A stretch of 64,000 nt of DNA from Myxococcales bacterium (lineage in GTDB: Bacteria > Myxococcota > Myxococcia > Myxococcales > Myxococcaceae). Shown in pieces: positions 1 to 8,710 of the stretch. The first letter of the stretch is position 1, and the number at the start of each line of letters is the position of its first letter. The stretch spans positions 1 through 64,000 of the forward strand of contig JACPVI010000070.1 in the NCBI GenBank assembly GCA_016191815.1, read 5' to 3'. Under the pieces are notes generated by a model. It saw only the letters and a program-made list of their open reading frames with translations. It was not told the origin of the DNA and searched no databases. The translations under genes and the position numbers were made by a program.

Positions 1-787
1 CCCGGAGGGGCGGCTGACGCTGAAGGATGCGGCGGGGAATGTGACGTGCGAGGAGGACTCGCCGGGGAAGGTGTGCGGCCACCCGGGAGGCACCCCGTTC
101 GGCTTCGCCTCCGCCTGGCGCTCGCAGGCGACGGGCCTCGTCTACATGAGAAACCGCTGGTACTCGCCGGAGCTGGGCGAATTCCTGAGTCAGGACCCGC
201 TCGGCTACCACGACTCCTTCAACCTCTACGCCTACACCGCCTTCGACCCCATCAACGGCTGGGACCCGTTTGGGCTCGAAACCCAGAGTCTGGCGAAGCA
301 AGCACCAAAGATTTCAATCGCCGGCATGGAGCCAGGTGTCGAGCCTCCTCCACCGATGAAACCTCCTCCCGGCGCTCCCCCGAAGCTGCCGCTCCCGCGG
401 CCCCAGTTCGAACCGCCTATTCGTCCGTTGCCAAGGCATCCGGGTGTCGCTCTGGGCGCCGGAACAGCGGTGTCTGTTTCGGGTGCATTTGGGATCGGCC
501 TCATCATCGGTTTCCCGCTCGGGTGGCTTTTCGGGCCTGACGACCTCTTCCAAGATCCCAACCCGGTGGAGGCTCCACCCGCGGTCAAGCCGGAGCCGCC
601 CAACGCATGCCACGAGCCCTGTGGCCCTCCAGCATCTTTCCCGTCGCAGAATCAGCCAGCACCAGCATCCCTGCCTCCTCCGCAGCCATCGCCCCCACGA
701 CTAGAGGACCCGGGTGCGCCTGAGCCCCCTGCGCAGGCCGGCTCGGTTAACCAGATGAAGCGGCTCGGTCCTGGTGAGATCAACTGA
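1..787 (+). CDS. RHS-repeat polymorphic toxin, 3' end (5'-partial). It contains the RHS-associated core terminus (YMRNRWYSPELGEFLSQDP...DPFGL) and then a proline-rich variable C-terminal region with one hydrophobic TM-like stretch
   Basis: In-frame translation from base 2 gives PEGRLTLKDAAGNVT...YMRNRWYSPELGEFLSQDPLGY...DPINGWDPFGLETQ, which matches the RHS core / DPxGL boundary. Downstream is a low-complexity Pro-rich tail with GAGTAVSVSGAFGIGLIIGFPLGWLF. The stop is at 785-787. Confidence 0.8.
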   Translation, partial: PEGRLTLKDAAGNVTCEEDSPGKVCGHPGGTPFGFASAWRSQATGLVYMRNRWYSPELGEFLSQDPLGYHDSFNLYAYTAFDPINGWDPFGLETQSLAKQAPKISIAGMEPGVEPPPPMKPPPGAPPKLPLPRPQFEPPIRPLPRHPGVALGAGTAVSVSGAFGIGLIIGFPLGWLFGPDDLFQDPNPVEAPPAVKPEPPNACHEPCGPPASFPSQNQPAPASLPPPQPSPPRLEDPGAPEPPAQAGSVNQMKRLGPGEIN

Positions 788-938
788 TCAAAGCAGGAAT
801 CGATCCCGAAGAACTCAAGGGCGGCGTACGAACGGGCCAATGGGATCTCTATAAGGACAAGGAAGGGAACATCTACATCAACCCGAAGAGCGGCGAAGGG
901 CCCGGCGAACCCACCGGGATCAACATCAACGAGCTGCC

Positions 939-1382
939 ATGACCGCCCAAGGAACGGCGCTTGCCGACGATATGAAGTCGGAGGTTCGAGTCTCGATTGT
1001 GCTGGCCGAGTTTGTGTGCGATCCGGGCGCGATCGAAGGAGTCTTGGGCGTTCGACCTTCGAAGACTTGGCGCGCTGGAGATCGGATTGGGAAGTCCTCG
1101 AGAACCTATCGCGTCAACGGATGGGCGCTTCAATCCGAGTTGCCCAAGGATCGGGCCCTCCAAGAGCACGTCGACTGGCTGCTTGCCCGCATGCCAAGGA
1201 GCCTTCAAGCGCTGAAGGTCGTATCCCCATCGTGGACCGCCGAGGTGAGCTGTGTCGTGTACGTGGTCGAGCAGGTTCCGGAGTTGCACTTGAATGCGAA
1301 GACAATCGGCCGCATCGCGGAGCTCGGAGCGGAAATCGACATTGACCTCTACTGCCTAGGTGAAGATGGCGATGGCGGCTAG
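939..1382 (+). CDS. Putative immunity protein for the upstream RHS toxin (DUF4279-like small protein)
   Basis: A 147-aa ORF immediately 3' of the RHS C-terminal region, with an ATGA start/stop overlap with the preceding reading frame. The pattern (LGVRPSKTWRAGD ... W ... IDIDLY) resembles DUF4279, recalled from memory. Confidence 0.55.
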   Translation: MTAQGTALADDMKSEVRVSIVLAEFVCDPGAIEGVLGVRPSKTWRAGDRIGKSSRTYRVNGWALQSELPKDRALQEHVDWLLARMPRSLQALKVVSPSWTAEVSCVVYVVEQVPELHLNAKTIGRIAELGAEIDIDLYCLGEDGDGG

Positions 1383-1683
1383 GGGCTCCCCAATTGACGA
1401 GCTGGTTTTCTCCCCGGCCGCCCGCGGCTACGCCGGCCGCGCCTTCTGGCGCGCCGCGGGCGGCCTCTTGGAAGCGACTGCACGCTGCTGACGGCCGGAG
1501 GACCTGTCGGCCAGCAACTAAAAAGAAGAAGCGCGGGACGTCGAGCGGCTGATCAGCGCCGCTCCGCTCGACGCTTTGGCCGCGAGCTACTCGAGCTCGG
1601 CCGAGCCCCTCTCTCTAGTTGCCCGACGCTGCCGCCTCGAGCTCGTCGCTCTCGGACAACAGCTGCGCTACCGTGCCGGCGCA

Positions 1684-2265
1684 GTGACTCCCTCCGCGCT
1701 CAGACTCGCGAGCCTCGCGGCGTTCCTCCTGGCGCTGGTGCCAAGCACCGCGCCGGCGTCGGTGACGAGCGCCCCGAAGGAGCGCGTCTGGGTGGAGCCC
1801 GAGCGCATCCTCGTCACGGTGACGGAGCCTGCGCAGGCGACCGGCCCGAACCGCGGTTTTGCGAAAACTCACGTCGGGGGCATCGACTTCGGCGAAGAGC
1901 TCTGCATCTGGGCTCGAGAGGGCCCAAGCGCCGGACCGCGCCGGGTTTTTCGCTACTGCTTCGATTGCGATCCCAAGAAACTCGGCGGGGCACCGGATTC
2001 CAGGGGATTGGCGCCTGAGATCGTTGCTCCCGGTCGAGAACGGCCCCCTCCGCGCTCTGGCTCGCGAGCGTCGCTGCGCTCCTACTTGTGGCGGCCGAGT
2101 GTAGTGCCCACTCGTCGCGTCGCGCCGCGACGGCGGTCTTCGGCCCGAGCCGCAGCTCCTCGCGCTCGGCGCCGTGGTGGGCCACTCGGAGATGGGCTAC
2201 AGATTGCGCCCGCAAATGGCCACCGCGAGGAAGAGCGCCGCGCCGACGCGGGTACGCACTACTGA
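1684..2265 (+). CDS. Small secreted-protein cassette 1: signal peptide + APKERVWVEPERILVTVTEPA module + CDPKKLGGAPDSRGL tail. The stop/start boundary to the next cassette is deleted, so it reads through into a degenerate second signal-peptide module
   Basis: GTG at 1684 is in frame with the ORF-track entry 1576..2265. The N-terminus VTPSALRLASLAAFLLALVPSTAPASV is signal-peptide-like. The nucleotide repeat is shared with 2040-2100 and 2730-2925. Confidence 0.35.
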   Translation: MTPSALRLASLAAFLLALVPSTAPASVTSAPKERVWVEPERILVTVTEPAQATGPNRGFAKTHVGGIDFGEELCIWAREGPSAGPRRVFRYCFDCDPKKLGGAPDSRGLAPEIVAPGRERPPPRSGSRASLRSYLWRPSVVPTRRVAPRRRSSARAAAPRARRRGGPLGDGLQIAPANGHREEERRADAGTHY

Positions 2266-2410
2266 GCGACAGCGCCGGCATCGTCGTGCTCGCGGCCCCG
2301 ATTCGAGCCGGCGTTGGCGAGAAGTACCGGCACCCTCCCGGACAATCCACGATTCGGTTGCGCCTCGGCCCTGCGCTGCTGTTGCCCGGCTCCCGGTTCG
2401 CCACAGGGGG

Positions 2411-2764
2411 ATGCGGCGGAGCGGCGCGCCTTGGCTCGCCCTCGCACTCGCCCTCCTGGGCCTTGGCCTGGGCGTCTTCGTCGATGGCGCTGCGCTGACG
2501 ACGTCCGAGGTGCGGGAGCTGGACAAAGACGGCGTGCCGCTCGTGGGCACCGAGGTGGGCGGAGTGCGGACGAGGGTGACGAAGTGGAAGCGCGGCCCGG
2601 CCGGCTTCGTGGAGCAAGTCGAAAACCCCGACGGCTTCCTCACCAAGCTGTCGCGCAACCTCCTCGGCTGGCCGGAGGAGTGCGATCCCAAGAAACCCGG
2701 CGGGGCACCGAATTCCAGGGGTTTGGGGCTACAGCTCGTCGTTCTCGGCCGAGAACAGCGGTAG
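2411..2764 (+). CDS. Small secreted/membrane protein cassette 2 (MRRSGAPWLALALALLGLGLGVF...) ending in the shared ECDPKKPGGAPNSRGL tail
   Basis: ATG at 2411 is in frame with the ORF-track entry 2174..2764. It has a hydrophobic N-terminus and the same C-terminal motif as cassette 1. Confidence 0.35.
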   Translation: MRRSGAPWLALALALLGLGLGVFVDGAALTTSEVRELDKDGVPLVGTEVGGVRTRVTKWKRGPAGFVEQVENPDGFLTKLSRNLLGWPEECDPKKPGGAPNSRGLGLQLVVLGREQR

Positions 2765-2774
2765 CGTCCCGCCA

Positions 2775-2923
2775 GTGACTCCCTCCGCGCTCAGACTCGC
2801 GAGCCTCGCGGCGCTCCTCTTGGTGGCGAGCGCCGCGCCGCCTTCGGTGCCGAGCGCGCCGAAGGAGCGCATCTGGGTGGAGCCCGAGCGCATCCTCGTC
2901 ACCGTGACGGAGCCGGCTACCAA
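2775..2923 (+). pseudogene. Cassette 3 (signal peptide + APKERIWVEPERILVTVTEPA), truncated where the convergent terC gene ends
   Basis: GTG at 2775. The MTPSALRLASLAALLLVASAAPPSVPSAPKERIWVEPERILVTVTEPA sequence is ~90% identical to cassette 1 at the nucleotide level. From ~2925 onward the reading frame is the antisense of terC. Confidence 0.4.
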
Positions 2924-3859
2924 TCAAGTCTGCCCGCGGCCCGAGGCCCAGGCCCTTCGGGTGCGAAGGCTGGCGATCACCGCGGCGCCGATCATCGCCA
3001 GGATGATCGCCACCGAGAGCATCGGCGAGACGTGGACCCACCTGGCCGCCAGCATCTTGAGCCCGGCGAAGACCAGGACGGCGGCCAGTCCGAAGTGCAG
3101 GTAGCGAAGCTCGGAGATGGTCCTGGAGAGCGCGGCGTAGAGCGCGCGGAGTCCCAGGATGGCGAAGATGTTGGAGCTGTACACCACGAACGGGTTGAGG
3201 CTGATCGAGAAGGCGGCCGGGACCGAGTCCACCGCGAAGGCGATGTCCGTCACCTCGATCGCCAAGAGGGCCACGAGCAGCGGGCTGGCATGGCGGCGTC
3301 CGTCATGGTCGATGATGAACTTGGAGCCGCGGAACTCGTGGGTGATGCGGAAGTGCCGCTTCAGCCACTCCACCAGCTTGCTCTGCTGCTGCTCGAGCGG
3401 GTGCTCACGGGCGACTCGCACCGCGACGATCAAAAGGAGGGCGCCGAAGGCGTAGGTGATCGCCTGCCAGCGCTCGATGGCCTCCACGCCGGCGAAGATG
3501 AAGAGGCCGCGGAAGACGACCGCCCCGAAGATGCCCCACTGCAGGACGCGGCGCTGGCGCTCATGGGGCACCCTGAGCCCGCGGAAGATGACCAGGAAGA
3601 CGAACAGGTTGTCGAGGCTGAGGCTCTTCTCGATGAGGTAGGCGCCCAGGTACTCCTGACCCGCCTGGCCTCCGTACGCCGCCCAGACGAAGCCGGTGAA
3701 CGCGACCCCGAGCACTACCCAAGCGACGCTCCAGGCGATCGCATTTTTGCTCGAGAGGCCACGGCCTCCCCGGTGGGCGAAGAGGTCGACGGCGAACAGC
3801 GCCACCACGGTGAGGCCGAAGGCCAGCCAGCCGGCCGGGGAGACCTCGATGCGGTCCAT
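2924..3859 (-). CDS. TerC-family integral membrane protein
   Basis: 311 aa with multiple TM helices and the TerC signature region (KSLSLDNLFVFLVIF, EVTDIAFAVDSVPAAF). Confidence 0.8.
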   Translation of the reverse strand: MDRIEVSPAGWLAFGLTVVALFAVDLFAHRGGRGLSSKNAIAWSVAWVVLGVAFTGFVWAAYGGQAGQEYLGAYLIEKSLSLDNLFVFLVIFRGLRVPHERQRRVLQWGIFGAVVFRGLFIFAGVEAIERWQAITYAFGALLLIVAVRVAREHPLEQQQSKLVEWLKRHFRITHEFRGSKFIIDHDGRRHASPLLVALLAIEVTDIAFAVDSVPAAFSISLNPFVVYSSNIFAILGLRALYAALSRTISELRYLHFGLAAVLVFAGLKMLAARWVHVSPMLSVAIILAMIGAAVIASLRTRRAWASGRGQT

Positions 3860-3878
3860 CGCCTGGAGGGTAGTGACG

Positions 3879-4469
3879 CTAGCTGGACTTGGCCGGCTTG
3901 AGATGGGCGACCACCTCGGCCAGCTTCCGTTGCAGCTCTCGCCGCTCCTGGGCGACGTGACTGATCTCGAAGGCGTCGCGGACCGCCTGCTCCAGCGCCT
4001 TGAGGTTCCGGAACGGCTTGGGGAGGTACACCTCGAACTTCTCCTGGGAGGAGAAGAAGGCCTCGGGGCTGGCGGTGATGATCACCGCCGGGATGTCCGG
4101 GAACAGCCTCCGCGCCTCTTGGAGGAAGGCCAGGCCGCTCATCCGCGGGAGGTTCTTGTCGATCAGCAGCAGATCGACCGGGTTGGCCTTTAGGGTCTCC
4201 AGGGCCTCGACGCCGTCCTCCGCGAGGAGAACTTCGTAGCCGGCGCGGGAAAGGACGACCAGGACGAGCAGCCGTACGTCCGCCTCGTCGTCCACTGCGA
4301 GGATCCGCTTTCTCGGGGACTCTCCCCTCGGTTGGGTCCCTGTCCGTGTTGACGGCGGGTCAACACTTCCGTGTCTTTGCGACAGAGGCATTGGGCGCTT
4401 CAATATGGCCGGCGCGCGCCCGCGGCAACTGAACCTGCGGGCCACTGGATCGCTGTCGAACAGCACCAA
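3879..4469 (-). CDS. Single-domain response regulator (CheY-like receiver); the true start is probably at 4391 (MPLSQ...)
   Basis: Receiver motifs are present: [32 protein letters not shown]. Confidence 0.75.
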   Translation of the reverse strand: MVLFDSDPVARRFSCRGRAPAILKRPMPLSQRHGSVDPPSTRTGTQPRGESPRKRILAVDDEADVRLLVLVVLSRAGYEVLLAEDGVEALETLKANPVDLLLIDKNLPRMSGLAFLQEARRLFPDIPAVIITASPEAFFSSQEKFEVYLPKPFRNLKALEQAVRDAFEISHVAQERRELQRKLAEVVAHLKPAKSS

Positions 4470-4558
4470 GGAGGAGCTGTCCGCATCAGCTAGAAGGCGT
4501 CGGACCTTGGGCCGACCTTGCCCCTGCCCTTAAGCGCGCTCTAACCTCGCCGGCCGCG

Positions 4559-7303
4559 ATGAGAGGGGGCGCCTTCCGACTGCTGGCCTTGGCCGCCGCT
4601 TCGTTGCTGCCGCTTCTGGCAGCGGCCGATCCGGTGGACCTCTTGGAGTCCGACGTCCAGGCGTTCGTGCAGGACAACGGCGCGATGGACGTCATCCATC
4701 GCCTGGTTTTTCGAGACAACGAGGGCCGCTCCTCCATCAAGCGGATGGGTCAATTCTACGAGCCGGTGCACTTCACCCGCGGGACGCTGACCGGCCCGGA
4801 GGGAGTGAGGCAGGTGCAGGCCGCGGCGCTTGGAGACGGCTACTACGCCGTCCAGTTTTTGGGCGCGCCGACCAGGTCCGGCCGCGACTACACCCTGGAG
4901 CTGCACTTCCGGTGCAACCGGCGCTTCGCCGAGCCGACCTCGAGGGGCAAGGAGGAGCTGCTCGCGGTGTGGTTCAACCCGGTCCGCTGGACACTGCCGG
5001 TCCGCCGCTCGGTGGTGAAGCTGGTGCTCCCGCTCGAGCTGCCCAAGGAGGTAGTCCGGCACGAGGACATCACGCCCGCGATGGTCGACGGCTTCGGGGT
5101 GGAGACGGATGAAGGCAACCTGGGCGCGCAGGACAAGTGGGCCTTCGTCTACGCCGACTACCGGGGCGGGCGGCGGCTGACCCTCTACGCCGAGCGGCAC
5201 CAACTGGCGCGCCAGGACACGCACCTGGTCCGGGTGTACCTGCCGCGGTCGGCGATGCCCCGGCTTTCGTCCGGGAGCGACGTGGAGGCGAGCGGCGCGG
5301 CGGTGGAGGAGCGCCTCACCGCCGAGGGCCAGGCGGTGCTGGTCTCGGAGTCCTACGAGATCTTGGGCGACGGAAAGCCGGCGCCCGGCACGCCCGCGAC
5401 GCTCGGGCCGAGGGTGCGGGCCTCCTTCGGCTTCGAAGAAGAGGGAAGCCGCAATTTCGTTCCGGCGCCCAAGCTCGGAAGCTCGCTCCAGGCGGCCACC
5501 TGCGATGCCAAGGTGGCCGGCAAGGAGGTGGGGTGCGAGCTTCGCGCGGAGGCGATGGTGCTCTCCGAGCCGACGCGGAAGGGCCAGCCCTTCGAGGTGG
5601 TGTACGTCTCCAGGGTGCAGTGGGCGCCGCGCTCGAAGATCCGGGTCCAGCAGCGGACCGCCTTCGTCGAGCTTTCGATCGCGGGCGCGGACGCTTCGTT
5701 CGCTCCGCGCAATCGCCTGCGGCTGTCGCGATGGGAGTTCTCCACCGGGCTTCCGGCTCCGCCCGGAACCGCGGCCGGCCAGTTGCTCGGCGAAGAGGCC
5801 CGGCTTCCGGTGGTGCTCATCGATCCTCCGCGGCAGGAGGTGAGGGTGAGCGCGCGCGATCGGGACTGGGGCGGCGACCCATATCCGCCGGCCTACGACT
5901 ACCCGGCAGTCTCCAGCACGGATCCGGAATGCGTGCTGGCGTTCGAGCGGCGGGGCGCGCTGGATGAGCCGCTCCGCGCGAGGCTCTTGGTGCCCGCAGG
6001 CCCCTACGGAATCGAGGTGCCCGCGCTCGCGGTGGCCCATGTGCTCGCCTCGAGGGCCATCGCCGGCGAGCTGACCCGGCGGGACAAGAGCGACGCGGAG
6101 ACTCTCGCCAGGCGCTCCTTCTACTGGGCGGTGCTGCTGTTCATCTTCAACGGGCCGCTGTTGGTCTTCTGGCTCTTGTCGGTGGGCTGGGGGCTGGCGA
6201 TCATAGACAAGCTGGCCGGCACCCGCCTGTGCAAGGACGTCCTCCTGCCGGCGGGGAAGATCGTCTGGATCCACCCAACCCGCGGGACGGTGTTCGGCTG
6301 GACCGCGGCCTTGGTCCCATTCCGGCTGTCGTGGATTGTCCTCTCGGGCCTGCTCGCGGTGACGGTGCGCCTCTTGAGGCTTCACCCGTACCTTTCCCTG
6401 GTCCTCAAGAAGAAGGCGCCCGATTACGTCTCGCCGGAGATCCTGGTGGCCACCTTCCGGAAAGAGGGCTTCGTCCCCGAGCTTCCTCCGGAGGAAGCGG
6501 CGGTGCTGCTCGACCGGCCGATCAAGGCGATCAACCTGGTGGTGCTGGGGCTGTGCCAGAAGCGCGCGGTGGAGCTGTTGAGCCGCAACCCTCTCCAGCT
6601 CCGGGTGCTCGACCGCTCGCTGGCGTCCACCGCCGCGGAGAACGCCCTTTTCCGCGCGCTCACCAAGGAGGGCACGCTCCCTCGCGAGGGGGTGAGGGAG
6701 GTGCTCTCCGCGCTGAACCGGTCGCTGCAGCCGAAGATCTGGCGGGCCGATCACGAGGCCACCCTCGGCGCGCAGCGGAGGGCGGCAGAGAGCGCCTGGG
6801 CCGAACTGGACGCGCTCCCGCCGCCGCGGAGGGTGGCGTACTTCGACACGCACTACGCGCCGCTGTACCTGAGCGACCGCTTCTTCGCCGGCGTGGACCG
6901 GAGCTTTGCTCCCATCCCCACCAGCGCTCCGCTCGACTCGCCGCTCCACACCCTGGGCGCGAGCCGGGAAGTGGCCTCGGTCAGCGGGGCGGTGGGCAGG
7001 GTGCAAGAGCTGGCCGAGGGAGTGGTCGAATCGGTGGAGAGCGCCGCCAAGGCCACGGTGGACCGCCTGGAGGGGCTGTTCAACTTCGACGGGAAGGCTG
7101 CGTCGGCCCCGGCGCGTTCCGAGGCGGTTGCGGCGGGGCTGGCTGCGTCCATCTCCGCCGGCTACGACGCCTGTCACTCGGCGTGCCACTCGGCTTGCCA
7201 CTCGGCTTGCCATTCGGCCTGCCACTCCGCCTGCCACGACGCCTGCGCCTGCCACTCGGCATGCCATTCGGCCTGCGTCTCCTCATGCGCGGGGAGCTTC
7301 TGA
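4559..7303 (+). CDS. Large secreted/membrane protein (914 aa) with an N-terminal signal peptide, ~2-3 central TM helices and a C-terminal (Ala-Cys-His-Ser)n repeat tail. Candidate protein substrate of the downstream rSAM/SPASM maturase
   Basis: Signal peptide [25 protein letters not shown]. The hydrophobic block is [28 protein letters not shown]...[12 protein letters not shown]. The C-terminus is [48 protein letters not shown], encoded by a 12-bp tandem repeat. Its stop overlaps the start of the next gene (TGATG). Confidence 0.7.
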   Translation: MRGGAFRLLALAAASLLPLLAAADPVDLLESDVQAFVQDNGAMDVIHRLVFRDNEGRSSIKRMGQFYEPVHFTRGTLTGPEGVRQVQAAALGDGYYAVQFLGAPTRSGRDYTLELHFRCNRRFAEPTSRGKEELLAVWFNPVRWTLPVRRSVVKLVLPLELPKEVVRHEDITPAMVDGFGVETDEGNLGAQDKWAFVYADYRGGRRLTLYAERHQLARQDTHLVRVYLPRSAMPRLSSGSDVEASGAAVEERLTAEGQAVLVSESYEILGDGKPAPGTPATLGPRVRASFGFEEEGSRNFVPAPKLGSSLQAATCDAKVAGKEVGCELRAEAMVLSEPTRKGQPFEVVYVSRVQWAPRSKIRVQQRTAFVELSIAGADASFAPRNRLRLSRWEFSTGLPAPPGTAAGQLLGEEARLPVVLIDPPRQEVRVSARDRDWGGDPYPPAYDYPAVSSTDPECVLAFERRGALDEPLRARLLVPAGPYGIEVPALAVAHVLASRAIAGELTRRDKSDAETLARRSFYWAVLLFIFNGPLLVFWLLSVGWGLAIIDKLAGTRLCKDVLLPAGKIVWIHPTRGTVFGWTAALVPFRLSWIVLSGLLAVTVRLLRLHPYLSLVLKKKAPDYVSPEILVATFRKEGFVPELPPEEAAVLLDRPIKAINLVVLGLCQKRAVELLSRNPLQLRVLDRSLASTAAENALFRALTKEGTLPREGVREVLSALNRSLQPKIWRADHEATLGAQRRAAESAWAELDALPPPRRVAYFDTHYAPLYLSDRFFAGVDRSFAPIPTSAPLDSPLHTLGASREVASVSGAVGRVQELAEGVVESVESAAKATVDRLEGLFNFDGKAASAPARSEAVAAGLAASISAGYDACHSACHSACHSACHSACHSACHDACACHSACHSACVSSCAGSF
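7176..7292 (+). repeat. Coding 12-bp tandem repeat (gcctgccactcg-like, ~9 units) that specifies the (ACHS)n tail
   Basis: Direct inspection shows gcctgtcactcg gcgtgccactcg gcttgccactcg gcttgccattcg gcctgccactcc gcctgccacgac ... Confidence 0.85.
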
Positions 7304-8709
7304 TGCGCTCGGGCTGGAGCTTCGAGGCGATGGACTCCTTCGTCGCCGCCACCCGAACCGCGGTGTTCGTGCGCCGGGCCGACAGCGTGCTCTTCATCCG
7401 CCCGGAGAAGACGCTCGGCCTGAACGGTACGGCCGCCCTCATCCTCGAGGCGCTCTACAACCGCGAGGGCCGCCGCTCGGCGGAAGTCTTGGGAGCGCTC
7501 GCCACCAGACTGGGCGTTGGTTTGGACCGGCTGTGCTTGGACTGCTCGGAGCTTCTCGAGGCGGTGCGGGCGTTGATGCAGGGCGATTTCACCCCGCGCC
7601 CCACGCTTCGCTTCGGCGGCTTCGAGCGGAGCCGGATCCGCTTCCCCACCCTGGCGGAGATCGCGCTCACCTACGACTGCCAGAACCGCTGCACTTTCTG
7701 CTACGCGGCGAGCCCTCACCGCTCGGCCGATCGCCCGCTGATGACCACCGCCCAAGTGGTACGGGTGATGGAGAAGATCTTCCATCAGGCGCACGTGCCC
7801 TCGCTCAGCTTCACCGGCGGCGAGGCCACGCTCCGGCCGGACTTGGCCGAGCTGGTCGGCCAGGGCAAGCGCATCGGCTTCCGGATGAACCTCATCACCA
7901 ACGGCGTGCGGGCGGGGAACGACCGCTACGCTGGCACCCTGGTGGAGGCGGGCCTGGACTCGGCCCAGGTTTCGCTCGAGGCCGCTCAGGCGGAGCTGCA
8001 CGATTCGATGGTCGGCCGGCGCGGCGCCTTCGCCCGCACCGTCCTCGCGGTGAAGAACTTCAAGGCGCTCGGGATTCACGTGCACACCAACACCACGCTC
8101 TCCTCGCGGAACGTGGAGGCGGCGCCGGAGCTGATCCGCTTCGCCGGGGGGGAGCTGGGCCTTCGGACCTTGTCGATGAACCTGCTCATCCCAACCGGCT
8201 CGGGGCTGGACGCCGCTGCCGGGCCGCTCAGCTACTCCGCGCTGGCCGAACGGCTCCCCAGCCTCGCCGAGGTGGCCAAGGAGGAGGGAGTGAAGCTGGT
8301 GTGGTACTCGCCTTTGCCCTACTGCATCCTCAACCCGGTGGTGGAGGGGTTCGGCGCCAAGGCCTGCGCCTGCATCGACGGTCTCTTGTCGGTGGATCCG
8401 GCCGGCAGCGTGCTCCCCTGCTCGTCGTTTGCCGACGGCATCGGCTCGCTGTTGGAAAGCTCGTTCGAGGAGATTTACTCCAGCAAAGCAGCGAGGTACT
8501 GGCGCGAGAAGCGGTACGTGCCTCCGCCCTGCAAGTCGTGCGGCGACGTGGACCTCTGCGCCGGGGCCTGTCCGCTCTACTGGGACGCAGCGAAGGGCTT
8601 CGAGGAGCTTCCGGTGGCGGGCGCGGCCGACCGTGTGGAGCGGCGCCGGTGGGAGCAGGGGCGCGCCGATGGGGGAAGCTTCGGTGTCCGGCTTCCGGCG
8701 GGAGGATGA
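7303..8709 (+). CDS. Radical SAM / SPASM-domain peptide/protein maturase with an N-terminal PqqD-like RRE (sactisynthase/ranthisynthase-like architecture)
   Basis: The ATG at 7303 overlaps the upstream stop. The N-terminus DSFVAATRTAVFVRRADSVLFIRPEKTLGLNGTAALILEAL looks like PqqD/RRE. The CX3CX2C motif is YDCQNRCTFCY. The C-terminal Cys cluster CACIDG...CSSF...CKSCGDVDLCAGACP fits SPASM. The long N-terminal extension in the ORF track (6229..) is Pro/Arg/Gly-rich and I reject it. Confidence 0.8.
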   Translation: MRSGWSFEAMDSFVAATRTAVFVRRADSVLFIRPEKTLGLNGTAALILEALYNREGRRSAEVLGALATRLGVGLDRLCLDCSELLEAVRALMQGDFTPRPTLRFGGFERSRIRFPTLAEIALTYDCQNRCTFCYAASPHRSADRPLMTTAQVVRVMEKIFHQAHVPSLSFTGGEATLRPDLAELVGQGKRIGFRMNLITNGVRAGNDRYAGTLVEAGLDSAQVSLEAAQAELHDSMVGRRGAFARTVLAVKNFKALGIHVHTNTTLSSRNVEAAPELIRFAGGELGLRTLSMNLLIPTGSGLDAAAGPLSYSALAERLPSLAEVAKEEGVKLVWYSPLPYCILNPVVEGFGAKACACIDGLLSVDPAGSVLPCSSFADGIGSLLESSFEEIYSSKAARYWREKRYVPPPCKSCGDVDLCAGACPLYWDAAKGFEELPVAGAADRVERRRWEQGRADGGSFGVRLPAGG

Positions 8710-8710
8710 G

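Noticed and set aside
778-942. Annotating the frame-1 peptide as a definite separate gene
   Set aside because: It has no canonical start codon (only a possible CTG) and I recognised no domain. It is kept as a finding (possible frameshifted toxin tip) rather than a feature.
1950-2720. Sigma-54 promoter-like TGGCAC strings inside the CDPKK repeat modules
   Set aside because: The GGCACCGGATTCCAGG and GGCACCGAATTCCAGG strings lack a correctly spaced -12 TTGC element. The sequence is better explained as coding for GAP(D/N)SRG.
4541-7267. 908-aa minus-strand ORF antisense to the repeat-tail protein gene (and similar long antisense ORFs at 8330-9853, 11164-13455, 16469-18841, 17932-20163, 21635-24082, 43922-46216, 46745-48484, 49919-51625, 53479-54471)
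   Set aside because: Arg/Gly/Pro/Ala-rich low-complexity translations, typical of stop-poor antisense frames in ~70% GC DNA. Each overlaps a gene with clear family signatures on the other strand.
7176-7292. Possible CRISPR array or His-Xaa-Ser (Hxs) system
   Set aside because: The unit is 12 bp and contiguous, with no spacers, and it is coding. The repeat is a tetrapeptide ACHS rather than HxS triplets. Only one radical SAM gene is present, whereas the Hxs system has HxsB and HxsC.
6229-7302. N-terminal 358-aa extension of the radical SAM ORF in the ORF track
   Set aside because: Pro/Gly/Arg-rich and lies inside the upstream gene in another frame. The ATG at 7303 overlapping the upstream stop, followed by a PqqD-like start, is the plausible initiation site.
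7303-8709. Anaerobic sulfatase-maturating enzyme interpretation of the rSAM/SPASM gene
   Set aside because: The adjacent substrate has no C/S-x-P-x-R sulfatase motif, and the enzyme carries an N-terminal RRE, which anSMEs lack.
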